DNA from: a virus
DNA length: 64,000 bases
Virus record (IMG/VR): IMGVR_UViG_3300049489_000707
Location: 86,726 to 150,725 of that record
Reading direction: 5' to 3' (one strand)
Shown here: positions 30,253 to 39,968 of the stretch, piece by piece
Layout: every line of letters begins with the position of its first letter
Numbering within the stretch: the stretch's first letter is position 1
Notes under the pieces: model-generated
What the model was told of the DNA's origin: nothing
Databases searched by the model: none
Seen by the model: only the letters and a program-made list of their open reading frames with translations
Program-made: the position numbers and the translations under genes

Positions 30253-30598
30253 GGCTCAGGAGGCAACGGGAGAGCTACGGATAGCTCTTCGGCCGCCTTG
30301 TCTGCCTCATGGTCGGTACAGGCCACCCACATCCAACTCCGTGAGTAATTGATGACGATAAAGGTGGGCTTCTCGGTACAGCCCTCCTTCTCGCACTGCT
30401 CGGAGCTAAATCGCATTACGGGTCCTCGGGTTGCTCAGGGGGCAGCGGCAGAGCCTGGGCGACTGTGCCTTCAGGCCTTGTGTATTTGTGAACCTCACAC
30501 CTCTTCGAGAGGGTGATGGAGCCTGGTGTCGCAGGGAGGATCGTCGTCAGAAAAACGGCGTCGGCAGTGCAGCCTTCGTGTTCACATTGTACTGGCAT
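30249..30598 (-). CDS. Two tandem small paralogous Zn-binding proteins (30416-30598, 60 aa; 30249-30416, 55 aa)
   Basis: QCEHEGCT...ALPLPPE vs QCEKEGCT...ALPLPPE; TAATG coupling. Confidence 0.65.
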
Positions 30599-30600
30599 GG

Positions 30601-30879
30601 TTAGTCCTCATCTGGTACTTTAGGGCCGCCCGGAGGTGGCTTGGGCTTGGCCGGCTTGGGCTCAGGCTCTGCGGCTGGCGCCACCTTACCTACGACCCAC
30701 TTGTTGGCGATGTTACCGGTGAGGTAAGCAGCGGCGATGAACTCCAGCACGCCCGTGAACCCGTCAAAGAGGGACTTCATCTCCGGGAACTTCGATGCGG
30801 CCAGCAAGGTGTAGACGAAGGCCAGCAGGACGCAGCCAACCGAGAACCAAAGCTTCTTGCTGCTGATGGACTCTCTCAT
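30601..30879 (-). CDS. Holin-like membrane protein (92 aa)
   Basis: SSKKLW N-terminal motif, two hydrophobic segments, charged tail. Confidence 0.55.
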   Translation of the reverse strand: MRESISSKKLWFSVGCVLLAFVYTLLAASKFPEMKSLFDGFTGVLEFIAAAYLTGNIANKWVVGKVAPAAEPEPKPAKPKPPPGGPKVPDED

Positions 30880-31238
30880 TACTCGCCCCAGAACTTCAGA
30901 AGGGCGGTAATCAGTTGCTTGCCGCCCCAGCCACCACCGCCGAGACCGGCAATGACGCCCCCGACCTTCAAGGCGTTGATGATGAACTTGGTGCGTTGGA
31001 GCTTGATTTGGGCCTCGACCTCTTTGGGGAGTGCCTCTACAATCTTCTTTGTTTCCAGATCGATCTTCTGCTCAAGGAGATTTGAGCGCTTGACGTGCTC
31101 GTCGAGGATGTCTTGCTGTTTGACAAGAGTCGTCGACATTCCGTCCATGCGGTCGTCCAACTTGTCAAGCTTCCCGTCGATGCGGGTCAGCGTGTTGACA
31201 ATCAGCATCTCTTCAAGTCCTGCGGAGTCTTTGGGCAT
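30879..31238 (-). CDS. Coiled-coil protein with C-terminal membrane segment (holin/XhlA-like, 119 aa)
   Basis: RIDGKLDKLDDRMD heptads, C-terminal hydrophobic Gly-rich segment; late motif upstream. Confidence 0.45.
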   Translation of the reverse strand: MPKDSAGLEEMLIVNTLTRIDGKLDKLDDRMDGMSTTLVKQQDILDEHVKRSNLLEQKIDLETKKIVEALPKEVEAQIKLQRTKFIINALKVGGVIAGLGGGGWGGKQLITALLKFWGE

Positions 31239-31258
31239 GGGCGATGTCCTGTGCCTAA

Positions 31259-31265
31259 AAGATTG
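31259..31265 (-). promoter_or_regulatory. Late promoter motif CAATCTT
   Basis: Intergenic, 20 nt before ATG 31238. Confidence 0.7.
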
Positions 31266-31271
31266 CGAGCC

Positions 31272-31553
31272 TCATAGCTTGTATGAGTGGGCGCACCAGA
31301 CGCAAAACGTCATGAAGTAGTGAGATGCGGGCTGCCTGGAGTCCTTCGGGTGCTTGTAGTCCCGTCGGATGACGTACTCGGCTGGAAGCTCACGAAAACT
31401 GCGACCGCAGAGGTAGCAAGAGGCTGTATTCCCTGTGGGTTCTACCTGGGTCTCAAGGTCCCACTGGTCCGGAGTCTCCTCCGTCTTCGGAGTCTGTTCC
31501 AAGCCCGCCCAGTTCCCCAGGTCCATCGAAGCCCATCTCTCGTTGCTCATCAT
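31272..31553 (-). CDS. Small zinc-finger protein (93 aa)
   Basis: CYLCG...CVWC; GGAG SD. Confidence 0.55.
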   Translation of the reverse strand: MMSNERWASMDLGNWAGLEQTPKTEETPDQWDLETQVEPTGNTASCYLCGRSFRELPAEYVIRRDYKHPKDSRQPASHYFMTFCVWCAHSYKL

Positions 31554-31923
31554 TCTCTCCCAGGTCCGCCAGTAGGGCCTCAAGGGCCTGGTCGGCTCCC
31601 TTGAAGATTCGGACACCCTCCATGCCCAGGAACCGGCTCGGCATGCCGTAGATGCTCTTGACGGCGTACACGGCCTTCCCAAGGGCAATGGCGATGCCCA
31701 GCTCGGTGGAGATCTCCACCAGCTCCTCCTTGGTCCCAGCGTAGACCAAGAGCACCGCTTCACAGCCCAGGATTTCGTCGTAGATCTCCTGACAGGTCAT
31801 CTCGGGGGCAATCAGGTGCGCGTCCACCCCCGACATGCTCAGGGTGGCTCCAATCGCCTCCAGGTCCTCGCTGTGAGGTCCTGTGACGTAGACGGTCACG
31901 GCTTCCACCGCCACAGCTGCCAC
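31453..31923 (-). CDS. Nucleoside 2'-deoxyribosyltransferase/TIR-like flavodoxin-fold protein
   Basis: VYVTGP, DEILGCEAVLL, STELGIAIALGKAVY motif. Confidence 0.6.
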   Translation of the reverse strand: MAAVAVEAVTVYVTGPHSEDLEAIGATLSMSGVDAHLIAPEMTCQEIYDEILGCEAVLLVYAGTKEELVEISTELGIAIALGKAVYAVKSIYGMPSRFLGMEGVRIFKGADQALEALLADLGENDEQREMGFDGPGELGGLGTDSEDGGDSGPVGP

Positions 31924-32751
31924 AAAGCCTTGAGCGTGTTGAGGTCCTTCTCACCTTTGGCCTGGTTGGCCATGTGGGTCTCCTCGCACGTCCTGAGGTG
32001 CAGAATCATCCGAAAGTAGGCCATCTTCCGGGTGCTACCGCTGCACTCCTTACCGCAGGCTTTACAGTCCAAGCTGTGCGTGATAGAGATGGTGCCGATA
32101 ATGCTCATTGGACCTCTTCGCCTGCTTCGTCTGGGTCAAAGTCGGGGACCACGAGGTAGGGCTCGACAATCTGCCGGCGGCCATCGCGGATGTACCAGCG
32201 CTCCAGAACGCCCTCACTAGAGCCCAGTTCGGCGGGCTCGGTGATGTCTGCACTGAAGATGAGGTCAGGAAAGTCCCGGCTCAGGTCGGCAATCCACTTG
32301 GCGTACAGAGGAAGGTTCTCCTCCAGCGCCTCAACCCCTGACTCAAAGGCCTGTGCCAGGAAGACGTCTTCCTCGCTGAACTCGGTCGTATCTTCAATCC
32401 GAGCCGACATATCCCCTAGCTCTTCGGCGAGCAACTGGGCCTGGTTGGGATGATCGAAGCTGTTCTGGACTTCCAGATTCAGGATGAAGGGGTACATGGG
32501 ATTGCGGGTTCCTTTTCGGTTCACTTGGTTTTCTTTACAATCTTGACGGTAGCACCGCCAATGGTAAAAGGCAAGGCCTGCATGGCCATGCCGTACTGAT
32601 TCTGGGGCACACGAATCTCCACCCCTGGCCCAGAGTCGGTGATGGTTAGGACGTACTCGGCTTCGATACCAATCGCTTCAAGGATGAGTCTGGCCCCTCC
32701 CTTGGTCTTCAGGGCTTCCCGGAAGGCTTCGGACGGAGGTGGCTTGCTCAT
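31896..32751 (-). CDS. Three small ORFs (31896-32108 Zn finger, 32105-32524 acidic, 32521-32751)
   Basis: Coupled ORFs with codon bias. Confidence 0.6.
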
Positions 32752-32762
32752 GAAAGGACCAT

Positions 32763-32799
32763 AAAGCAAAACGGGCCCTGGCGCAATACCAGAGCCCGT
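32763..32799 (-). terminator. Intrinsic terminator after tail tube gene
   Basis: ACGGGCTCTGG-TATTGCG-CCAGGGCCCGT followed by TTTGCTTT. Confidence 0.8.
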
Positions 32800-32828
32800 C
32801 GTTGTGAACTCACATGAAGTTCAAGGTG

Positions 32829-33293
32829 TTACGGAAGAACTGCGGCCGTGGGCAACTCGTCGTTGACCTTGGTCTCATCGTCCATCTTGAGGCCGATGAA
32901 GGTGATCTGCACTTCAGACGGCTGGCGGTTGGCCAGGGTCGTGTTGTAGCTCACAGGGCGGCACCGGTGGAACTTCGCGATGGGCTTGCCTGCCGGGTCG
33001 GTGTCCAGACGGTCGAACACGGTGATTTCGATGTACTCGTGGCGCAGCAGCTCGCTCAGGCTGGGCATTGCCGCCTCAGCATGGGGGCCGTGGTCGATGA
33101 CTCGCCAACCAGAAGCGGTGATGTTGATGGCGTCCTGGGCGGTGTACACCGTCTCCACGGGGCCATAGGCACCGAGGATGAAGATGGGGTCGGCCGTGAA
33201 CGTCTGCCCGTAGCTGATGTTGTTGAAGATGCCGACGGGCTTACCCGCCACTGACACCTTCGCTCGGGCCCCGGTCATTACTTTTGCTGGCAT
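32829..33293 (-). CDS. Tail tube protein (154 aa)
   Basis: KVMTGARAKVSVAG, ILGAYGPVE; immediately after sheath. Confidence 0.85.
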   Translation of the reverse strand: MPAKVMTGARAKVSVAGKPVGIFNNISYGQTFTADPIFILGAYGPVETVYTAQDAINITASGWRVIDHGPHAEAAMPSLSELLRHEYIEITVFDRLDTDPAGKPIAKFHRCRPVSYNTTLANRQPSEVQITFIGLKMDDETKVNDELPTAAVLP

Positions 33294-33321
33294 GTTCTGT
33301 CTCTCCTGTGAAACTGGTGGC

Positions 33322-35856
33322 TTACGCCGTCTGCGTGACCTGGCTGACCAGGAAGCTGATGGGGATGAAGTAGATGGCGCCTGCGAGCTTGACTTCGAGG
33401 CTGACCACCATGGCCGGGCCGCTGATCTGCACTGACAGGTTCTTGAAGCCCTTGGGAGCGTCGTCGCTGGGGGCGATGAGCTTCAGGCTCATGAAGTCTG
33501 CCATGATGCCTTCGAGGTAGGCCTTGGCGATTCCGGCGCTGACGTCAGCAACCGACTGACCGACGAACGCGGCTTCCATGCGCTGAGCGGTGCTCAGGGC
33601 GATGATGTCGGCCACGTACACAGCCTGGATGCTGTTGAAGACGAAGTTCGAGTCCTTGCCGTAGGTGGTCTGGTCGCTGACCCAGGTGAATCCACCGGTG
33701 AGACTCTTGCGAGCCGGGAGCAGGCCTGCGAGGAGTGCGTCCTCGACCTGGCTGTCGTCCTTGTCCGAGAAGCTGGCGTCGCGCATCAGAACACCCGAGG
33801 TGTTGATGCCCTTGTTCACGATGGCCCGGTAGAACCCGGCCGCCTGCATACCTGCCGCAAGCACCGCGCCCATCCAAGGCTGGAACTGAACCAGCGAGCC
33901 CGAGCTGTTCACCTGCTTGAAGTCCTGGAAGGCGACCGACACGCGGAAGCTGGCCAGGTTGGCAGAGTGAGCCTTCGCGTTGGCGAAGGTGTCCAGCTTG
34001 CTGCAGAAGGCCTGGCGATTCCGGCGCTTCTTCAGGGTGGACATCTTGAGGCAGTGAGACTTGGCGTACGCATTGACCGCGTCGATTGCGTAGTCACTGC
34101 TCGCCTCAGTCAGGCCGTCGGCAATGTCCGAGGCTGCATCTCGGCTGATGAGCGGGACGAGGAAGTTGCCACGAACTGCCGCGAGGGCATCGATGGCTGC
34201 AGTGAAGTCCGCGCCGGAGCTGCCGCCCTTGCTGCCGCCAGACAGGTAGGCGATACCCGTGGTGACCTTGGGGAGGCCCGCGTCCGCCTGTACCTCAGGC
34301 TCGTTGAGCTGCACGAGCACCGAGCTGTCGCGAATCTGCGCGAACATGCGGTAGGCGTCAATCTTCACGCGCCCCGGCTGCTCGCCGAAGTGACCGCAAA
34401 TCTTCTGGGCAACCACGTTGTCCAGGTAGGAGCTTGACAGCTGACCCAGAACTGCGGTACCCACAGAGCAGGAGTAGCCAGTCTGCGAGTTGATGTAGGT
34501 TGCCAGGTCGCTGATGGTGGGGAAGTCCGCCAGCGTGATGCTGAGGTTCCCGCCCGAGCCGCCGACCACGGTGGTCGACAGGGTCGTGTCAGTGATGGTC
34601 ATCTGCGCCGTGGTGCCGAGGTAGCCAATCTTCAGGGCGATCTCGCCGCCTGCAATCAGCTCTTCGCTGATGTTGTCCGTCTGACGATTCACCTGGAGGT
34701 TGGCTCGCTGCTCAGCCGCGCTGGTCAGGAGCTTGGCCGAGCCGCTCTTGCTGACCCAGGCAACTGCGCCCGAGGTGCCGAGCACGAATGCCGTGCGGGA
34801 CAGGAGGTCCGTGCCACCCGTGGTCTCTGCGATTTCCAGGGCCTTGCCAACACCGTCGATGGGGTCGCCTGCCTCGTTGCTGATGGTGACAGGCGAGAAG
34901 GCCTGTGCGTCGGTGGTTGCAGCGATTGCAGCTGCCGAGACGTCCGCCGGGTTGGTGATGGTGCCGATGACGGGGGCAGGGGTGACCTTGCCGGCGTCGC
35001 TGAGCTTGGTGGCTCGGAGGGTGCTTGCGGTGACAGCCGTCACGACGTATGCGCCCACGTTCTCCTGGGATGCGCCCTCGACCACAGAGCCGACCGGGAT
35101 GACGAGGGTGTCGCCGATGACAGGGGCGGTCGACCATGCACCGCTTCGGGTCAGTTCAATGACGGTAGCGCCAGCGCCGCCCGGGTTCGCATCGAGTGCC
35201 AGAGTGCCGCTGGGAGGCGCCCCAACCAAAAGGGTGCGGTCCACACCGCCGGTAGCGATGACGCCCGACAGGGCAGCGATCTGGGCCACGAAAGCCGCAG
35301 GCTGAATGTTGGCGACCGTGGTCATGGAGACGGCCGCGTCACCGTTCACTCGGAAGGTGATGCCGACAGTACCGACGGGCGGAATGAAGCTGAACGAGCC
35401 GGTGCTGGGGACGACCTCGGAGGTTGCTGCAGCGACCTGCCAGTAGATGAGATTGCCCAGCTTGCCGTAGCTGCGGTCCTTCAGGGAGCCGTAGGTGCCG
35501 CCAGCCTGCTTCGGGAGTGAGCCGCTTGCCTTGGTGCTGAGGTTGGTCTTGACCAAAACGAATCGGTTGGGAGAACCCGCGATGTTGGGGTCGTTGGCCG
35601 GAGCTGCCGCGTTGCGGAAGGCGTCCACCAGTGGCCCGCTCTTGTACTTGCTCACGACTGCAGCCAGCTGGTCGGGGCCGAACGAGTTCGACTCCAGGTC
35701 GGCCTCAGAGCTGAATCGAGGGCCAGCATCGGCCTCACCGACAAGCATCAGGATGCCGGTCGCAGCCAGGCCGCTATTGGCGGTCTGCACCTTGATGGAG
35801 CTGTAGGCACCGGGGATGATCAGCGTGCCTGCGTCGGTAACGTACGATTGAGCCAT
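33322..35856 (-). CDS. Contractile tail sheath protein (844 aa)
   Basis: LIIPGAYS N-terminus, YLSGGSKG, conserved C-terminal sheath domain (DQTTY...FNSIQAVYVAD...AIYFIPI). Confidence 0.92.
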   Translation of the reverse strand: MAQSYVTDAGTLIIPGAYSSIKVQTANSGLAATGILMLVGEADAGPRFSSEADLESNSFGPDQLAAVVSKYKSGPLVDAFRNAAAPANDPNIAGSPNRFVLVKTNLSTKASGSLPKQAGGTYGSLKDRSYGKLGNLIYWQVAAATSEVVPSTGSFSFIPPVGTVGITFRVNGDAAVSMTTVANIQPAAFVAQIAALSGVIATGGVDRTLLVGAPPSGTLALDANPGGAGATVIELTRSGAWSTAPVIGDTLVIPVGSVVEGASQENVGAYVVTAVTASTLRATKLSDAGKVTPAPVIGTITNPADVSAAAIAATTDAQAFSPVTISNEAGDPIDGVGKALEIAETTGGTDLLSRTAFVLGTSGAVAWVSKSGSAKLLTSAAEQRANLQVNRQTDNISEELIAGGEIALKIGYLGTTAQMTITDTTLSTTVVGGSGGNLSITLADFPTISDLATYINSQTGYSCSVGTAVLGQLSSSYLDNVVAQKICGHFGEQPGRVKIDAYRMFAQIRDSSVLVQLNEPEVQADAGLPKVTTGIAYLSGGSKGGSSGADFTAAIDALAAVRGNFLVPLISRDAASDIADGLTEASSDYAIDAVNAYAKSHCLKMSTLKKRRNRQAFCSKLDTFANAKAHSANLASFRVSVAFQDFKQVNSSGSLVQFQPWMGAVLAAGMQAAGFYRAIVNKGINTSGVLMRDASFSDKDDSQVEDALLAGLLPARKSLTGGFTWVSDQTTYGKDSNFVFNSIQAVYVADIIALSTAQRMEAAFVGQSVADVSAGIAKAYLEGIMADFMSLKLIAPSDDAPKGFKNLSVQISGPAMVVSLEVKLAGAIYFIPISFLVSQVTQTA

Positions 35857-35884
35857 GGTAGCGGTTCTCCTGAATTCTGTTGAG

Positions 35885-35891
35885 AAGATTA
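35885..35891 (-). promoter_or_regulatory. Late promoter motif TAATCTT
   Basis: Intergenic, 28 nt before sheath ATG. Confidence 0.75.
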
Positions 35892-35904
35892 AGACCCGAT
35901 GGGC

Positions 35905-38793
35905 TTACTTCTTGTCTGAGGGTTTGACGGGGACGCCTTTCTTACCGGCGGCGGTGGAGGCCTTGTTGTCTGCGAGCCACTTGGTCTGCTCCGGGCAGGC
36001 GTGACCCTTCTTTGCGTCTACGGTCTTGCTGCAGTGGGCGCATACGCGGGTCTTGTCGCCCTCATCTTCGCCCTTGCCGAAGAGCTTGCCGAAAATCCCA
36101 GGCTTGGCTGCCGGGGCGGGACGGGCTGCATTCATGACCGGGCCTGCCGATCGAGTAACACCTGCCGCCTTGGGCGACTTCAAGCCGAGCGCCGCACCGG
36201 CACCGGGGAGCTTGGGAGCTGCTGCCGCAGGAGCTGCCGGCTTGGGCTGGAATGCTCCACCCATGGCCGCTTGGAAACCGGCAGCGCGATCAGCATGTTG
36301 CGCGGGGGTGGGCATCTTGGGGGCTGGCGCTGCAGGGGTTTTGACAGCCGCATGTGCCGCACTGATGGGGTCAGCCTGCTTCGCTGCATCCGCGAGCATT
36401 CCCTTGGCCATCGCAGGCGCCTTGGGGGCGCTGGTCGGGACCGAGGTGCCCATGTTGGCGCCGCTCGGGGGCTTGGCCATGGGAGGGGTTGCCGACTTCT
36501 TGAGCTTCGAGCCAGGAAGAATGACGCCACCAGACCCTGCGGTCTTGCTGGACTTTCCAGGCTTGTTGACATGCTTGCCAGCGTCGGGCGGGGTCTTGCT
36601 GCCGGCAACCGTGTGGTTGTCTTTCTTGTTGCCCTTGGCGTCGACCAATTCAGACTTCTTGGCCTCGATGACGGTCTGGCCCTTACCTTGCTTGACAGTG
36701 TAGTCTGCACCAGGAGGGGCGGGGGCGGGCTTCTTGTCACCATGGACGACGATTTTATCGACCGCCTTGTCCATGTCCTCAGCTTTCTCGGCCTTACCAG
36801 GAGTCATCTCCCCGCACTTCTCTAGGCCGTGGGATGACTTACCACACTGTTTGCACAGCTCCTCTTTGGCCATCGACTTGTCGACACCCTTGCCGTTGAT
36901 CTTCCCCGGGGGCACGTCCTCAACGCCAGAGCTTGCCTGGCTGGCCTGATTGTGCTTGTGGTTGGGGATGAGAGACTTCTTCAGCTCGCGGGTGCGCAGC
37001 GCCTCGATCTCCTTGGCGTAGGCGTCAACCTTCTCACGAGTGGCTTTGATGAGAACCTCTCGGGCTTCCTCTGGGGTGTACAGTTTTTCGTCAGCCACTG
37101 GGGTGTCTCCTTCAGTCTTGGAAAAGATTACTGTCGGCGCCTCTGACTTCATGGTCACTTGGGCGCTGCCCGGCTTGAAGCCGGCGTTGGCGGTGCTGTT
37201 GAGGTGTGCAGTCAACATCGAGTGAATCTGCTTGCCCTGGGGATGAGCCTGGAGAGCCTGCAGAAAGGGGCCGTGGTTCATGTGCGACGTGATGTGCTTG
37301 CCACGTGCGGGGTCGCCCTTGGGCATCGCCTTGAGAGCGCCCATAAACCCTTCGACGGTATTGTGCATCGCCGGAGCTTGCGTCACCCCAGCCGCCTTCG
37401 GTGAGGCCAGGCCTGGAAACGACTTCGCCAGGCCCTGCTTCGGGATGAGATCGTGCAAGCCCTTGAGGCCCATCTGGTTGCCAGCGTCCCGCACCATCTG
37501 CAGTGCGTTGTGGAGCGGCACCTTGTGGGAGTGCGGGGTAAAGCCCTCGCCCGAGGGCTCGGTGAACTTGCCGGTCACAGCACGGTGCGCTGCGTCGTGC
37601 ATGACGGTGTTTAGCTCTTTGTGGAAGTCTTCGTCCTTGATGGGCACGCCGACCTGCTTCGATAGCTCGCGCTGCTTGTGCGCTGCCAGCCACTCCCAGT
37701 GGACGGCACGGAGGGCTTCGTTCATGTTGCGGTGGGTGCCAAGCTTACCCATACGCCGGCCTTCGCCGTAGATCTTGTTGACCTCGGGAAGGGTGAGGGC
37801 GTGTGCCAGCTCGTGAATCTGCCGCCAGCCATTGGTGTAGTTCTCATGGCCGAAGTCCCCGCCCGACGAAGGGCTTGGGTCGTACACCACCATGAGGTGG
37901 CCGGTGTTGTAGTTCTTGTTGGCGAGGTCGGGCTTGCCGTACTTGCCACCGGCGTAGTACGTCTTGTAGCCGTGGTCCTGCACGAGATTCTGAATCTCAG
38001 GCAGCTTGCCGTGGTAGTTGTAGTGGAGCAGGTCTTGCTTCGAGCCGGGCTGCACGTTGCCGTAGGGCAGTGCAAACTGCTTGTAAGTGCTGACCCCAAC
38101 ACCAGCTGCCTGGTCGTTGACCGGCTTCGGTGGGGCATCCATGTGGGGATGGGCGCCTGGAGCATCGGCCTTGGTGAGGCCGGGGAGCTGAGGGGCAGCG
38201 TGGTCTTGTTCGTGGTGGGAGCTATGCCCGTCGTGCCACTCGTAGTTGTGGGGGTGGTGACGAACAGGAGCCTGGTCGGCCAGCAGGTCTGCCACTGCGT
38301 TCTTCATCAGGTACGCCACAAGCTCGGGCTCGAACTCTCGTTCGGCTTTGTTGACAGGATCGAGATGATGTATCTTCGACCAGTCAAAGTTGATGCGGAA
38401 GTGCCCATGCCCCGGGACGCTGGTGTAGAAGTCGTCGGGTGGTTGCTCGAAGTGCTCCAGTGGATTCTGCATATCCGAGGCGTGATACTTGCCCTCGTGC
38501 TCACCATTGGTGTAAATGAGCTTATGCTGGCCGTTCTCGCTGTGGATGACCGACTCTTGACCGAACATCTTGCCCAACTGCTTCATCTGGTCCTGGGTCG
38601 CCCCATGGATGATGTAAGAGCGCTCTGGCTCCTTGTACTTGCCGCTGGTGGGCTCGGCGTGGAGGCCCATCTGCTGCAAGGCACCGCCAAGAGCTTCGTG
38701 GCCGCCCTGCACCTGGGACTGGAACAAAGGCTTCTCGCCGGACATGAGCCCGAAGGTGGAACCGCTGAAGATTGGATGTTTCGGGTGGCCCAT
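35905..38793 (-). CDS. Large multi-domain head-associated protein (962 aa): DUF3293-like N-domain, zincin HELAH, Pro/Ala/Lys-rich linkers
   Basis: GKYKEPERSY...LGKMFGQESV; QIHELAHALT...E; start moved to ATG 38793 (AAGGA SD, late motif). Confidence 0.7.
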   Translation of the reverse strand: MGHPKHPIFSGSTFGLMSGEKPLFQSQVQGGHEALGGALQQMGLHAEPTSGKYKEPERSYIIHGATQDQMKQLGKMFGQESVIHSENGQHKLIYTNGEHEGKYHASDMQNPLEHFEQPPDDFYTSVPGHGHFRINFDWSKIHHLDPVNKAEREFEPELVAYLMKNAVADLLADQAPVRHHPHNYEWHDGHSSHHEQDHAAPQLPGLTKADAPGAHPHMDAPPKPVNDQAAGVGVSTYKQFALPYGNVQPGSKQDLLHYNYHGKLPEIQNLVQDHGYKTYYAGGKYGKPDLANKNYNTGHLMVVYDPSPSSGGDFGHENYTNGWRQIHELAHALTLPEVNKIYGEGRRMGKLGTHRNMNEALRAVHWEWLAAHKQRELSKQVGVPIKDEDFHKELNTVMHDAAHRAVTGKFTEPSGEGFTPHSHKVPLHNALQMVRDAGNQMGLKGLHDLIPKQGLAKSFPGLASPKAAGVTQAPAMHNTVEGFMGALKAMPKGDPARGKHITSHMNHGPFLQALQAHPQGKQIHSMLTAHLNSTANAGFKPGSAQVTMKSEAPTVIFSKTEGDTPVADEKLYTPEEAREVLIKATREKVDAYAKEIEALRTRELKKSLIPNHKHNQASQASSGVEDVPPGKINGKGVDKSMAKEELCKQCGKSSHGLEKCGEMTPGKAEKAEDMDKAVDKIVVHGDKKPAPAPPGADYTVKQGKGQTVIEAKKSELVDAKGNKKDNHTVAGSKTPPDAGKHVNKPGKSSKTAGSGGVILPGSKLKKSATPPMAKPPSGANMGTSVPTSAPKAPAMAKGMLADAAKQADPISAAHAAVKTPAAPAPKMPTPAQHADRAAGFQAAMGGAFQPKPAAPAAAAPKLPGAGAALGLKSPKAAGVTRSAGPVMNAARPAPAAKPGIFGKLFGKGEDEGDKTRVCAHCSKTVDAKKGHACPEQTKWLADNKASTAAGKKGVPVKPSDKK

Positions 38794-38803
38794 GGTCATC
38801 CTT

Positions 38804-38810
38804 AAGATTA
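38804..38810 (-). promoter_or_regulatory. Late promoter motif TAATCTT
   Basis: Overlaps upstream TAA stop; 10 nt before ATG 38793. Confidence 0.7.
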
Positions 38811-39938
38811 CTTGCCCTTCTTGCCGAGGGTGTCTTCGTCTCCAATCCACGAAGCTTCGTTGGGGTCGACCTCATCCGGAAGCTTCCCGGCACCGATGAT
38901 CTTGAAGCCCTGGGCGTTCGGGTCGAGCACCCCAGGCGCCTGGGAGGCAAAGTGGGTGACGCGGGGGTCGATGCTTTTCGGCCAGTACTGACGCACGTAG
39001 CCGGTGATGGTCAGGTAGCGGCTGAACACCATTTCCGCCTCGAAGTACTCGTTGCGGTCGAAGTCGGTGCTGTTGACGACAGAGCGTTCGAACCCACGAG
39101 CTTCGAGCAGGGCTTGCTTGTAACGCAGGAGGACAAAGACGAGGATGGAGTGCAGCCAGGTCAGGTAGACGGGCTCTCCAGAAACATGAACGCCGATGAG
39201 GTAGTTCTCACGGTAGGCGACAGACTCCAGCTGGGTGACGTAGCTGGGTTTCTGGCCACGGATGACCGAACCGGTGAAGTCTGCGACGGTTCCCTGCTTG
39301 ATGCTGAAGCTGCCATCCTCGAAAGTCTCTTCGATGGTGTGGACCTTGCCGGTCGCGTCAAGTAGCACCATATTGGGTGCAAGAACCGCGTTGGTGGCGA
39401 CGTCTTCCGGGAGCACCATGATGCCGGTGGCCGCGTTGTACTTGGCCGGCGTGAAAGGGCCCACGATGTTCGGCCAGACGCCATCATTCAGCTCGGAGGT
39501 CTGGTAGTGGACGTCGGCGAGGGTGACCTCGGACTCGGTGCTGTCCTGGAGCTTGATGGTGATGCACGGAACCTGGGCCTCGTTGAGGCGTGGCACCATG
39601 GCAACTGGAATCTTGGTCTTGAGGAACCACTCCTTCGCCCTTTCCACGCTCTTCTCGCCGTAGTCCTTCATGGTCATCTCGTCCTTGGGGAGGGACGCGA
39701 AGACGTAGTCGAGGAGCCAGGGGTTGGCGCGGAGGTCGGCCAGGGCCGCCACGATTGCGGTGCGGATGATGACGTCGCTCTGGTGAACCCCGAGAGCTTC
39801 TGTGGTCAGGCTAGTCGACAAGGGCAACTCCAGTGCTTTCACAAGCAGTGCCTGGCCGTCTGAAGGGCTCAGTGGTACCTGCTGAACGATTGTCTTGATC
39901 GGGGAGATGTACCCCCTGGTCAGCAGTGCTACGGTCAT
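38808..39938 (-). CDS. Neck/tail-completion protein (376 aa)
   Basis: Upstream of sheath region; YRENYLIGVHV...WLHSILVFVLLRYK...FSRYLTITG; GAGG SD at ATG 39938. Confidence 0.55.
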   Translation of the reverse strand: MTVALLTRGYISPIKTIVQQVPLSPSDGQALLVKALELPLSTSLTTEALGVHQSDVIIRTAIVAALADLRANPWLLDYVFASLPKDEMTMKDYGEKSVERAKEWFLKTKIPVAMVPRLNEAQVPCITIKLQDSTESEVTLADVHYQTSELNDGVWPNIVGPFTPAKYNAATGIMVLPEDVATNAVLAPNMVLLDATGKVHTIEETFEDGSFSIKQGTVADFTGSVIRGQKPSYVTQLESVAYRENYLIGVHVSGEPVYLTWLHSILVFVLLRYKQALLEARGFERSVVNSTDFDRNEYFEAEMVFSRYLTITGYVRQYWPKSIDPRVTHFASQAPGVLDPNAQGFKIIGAGKLPDEVDPNEASWIGDEDTLGKKGK

Positions 39939-39958
39939 CGTGGAACCTCTTGAATTCA

Positions 39959-39965
39959 AAGATTG
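39959..39965 (-). promoter_or_regulatory. Late promoter motif CAATCTT
   Basis: Intergenic, 20 nt before ATG 39938. Confidence 0.7.
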
Positions 39966-39968
39966 CCA

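Noticed and set aside
38768-38774. Extra CAATCTT late motif
   Set aside because: Lies inside coding sequence (Pro-Ile-Phe codons) with no downstream start; treated as chance
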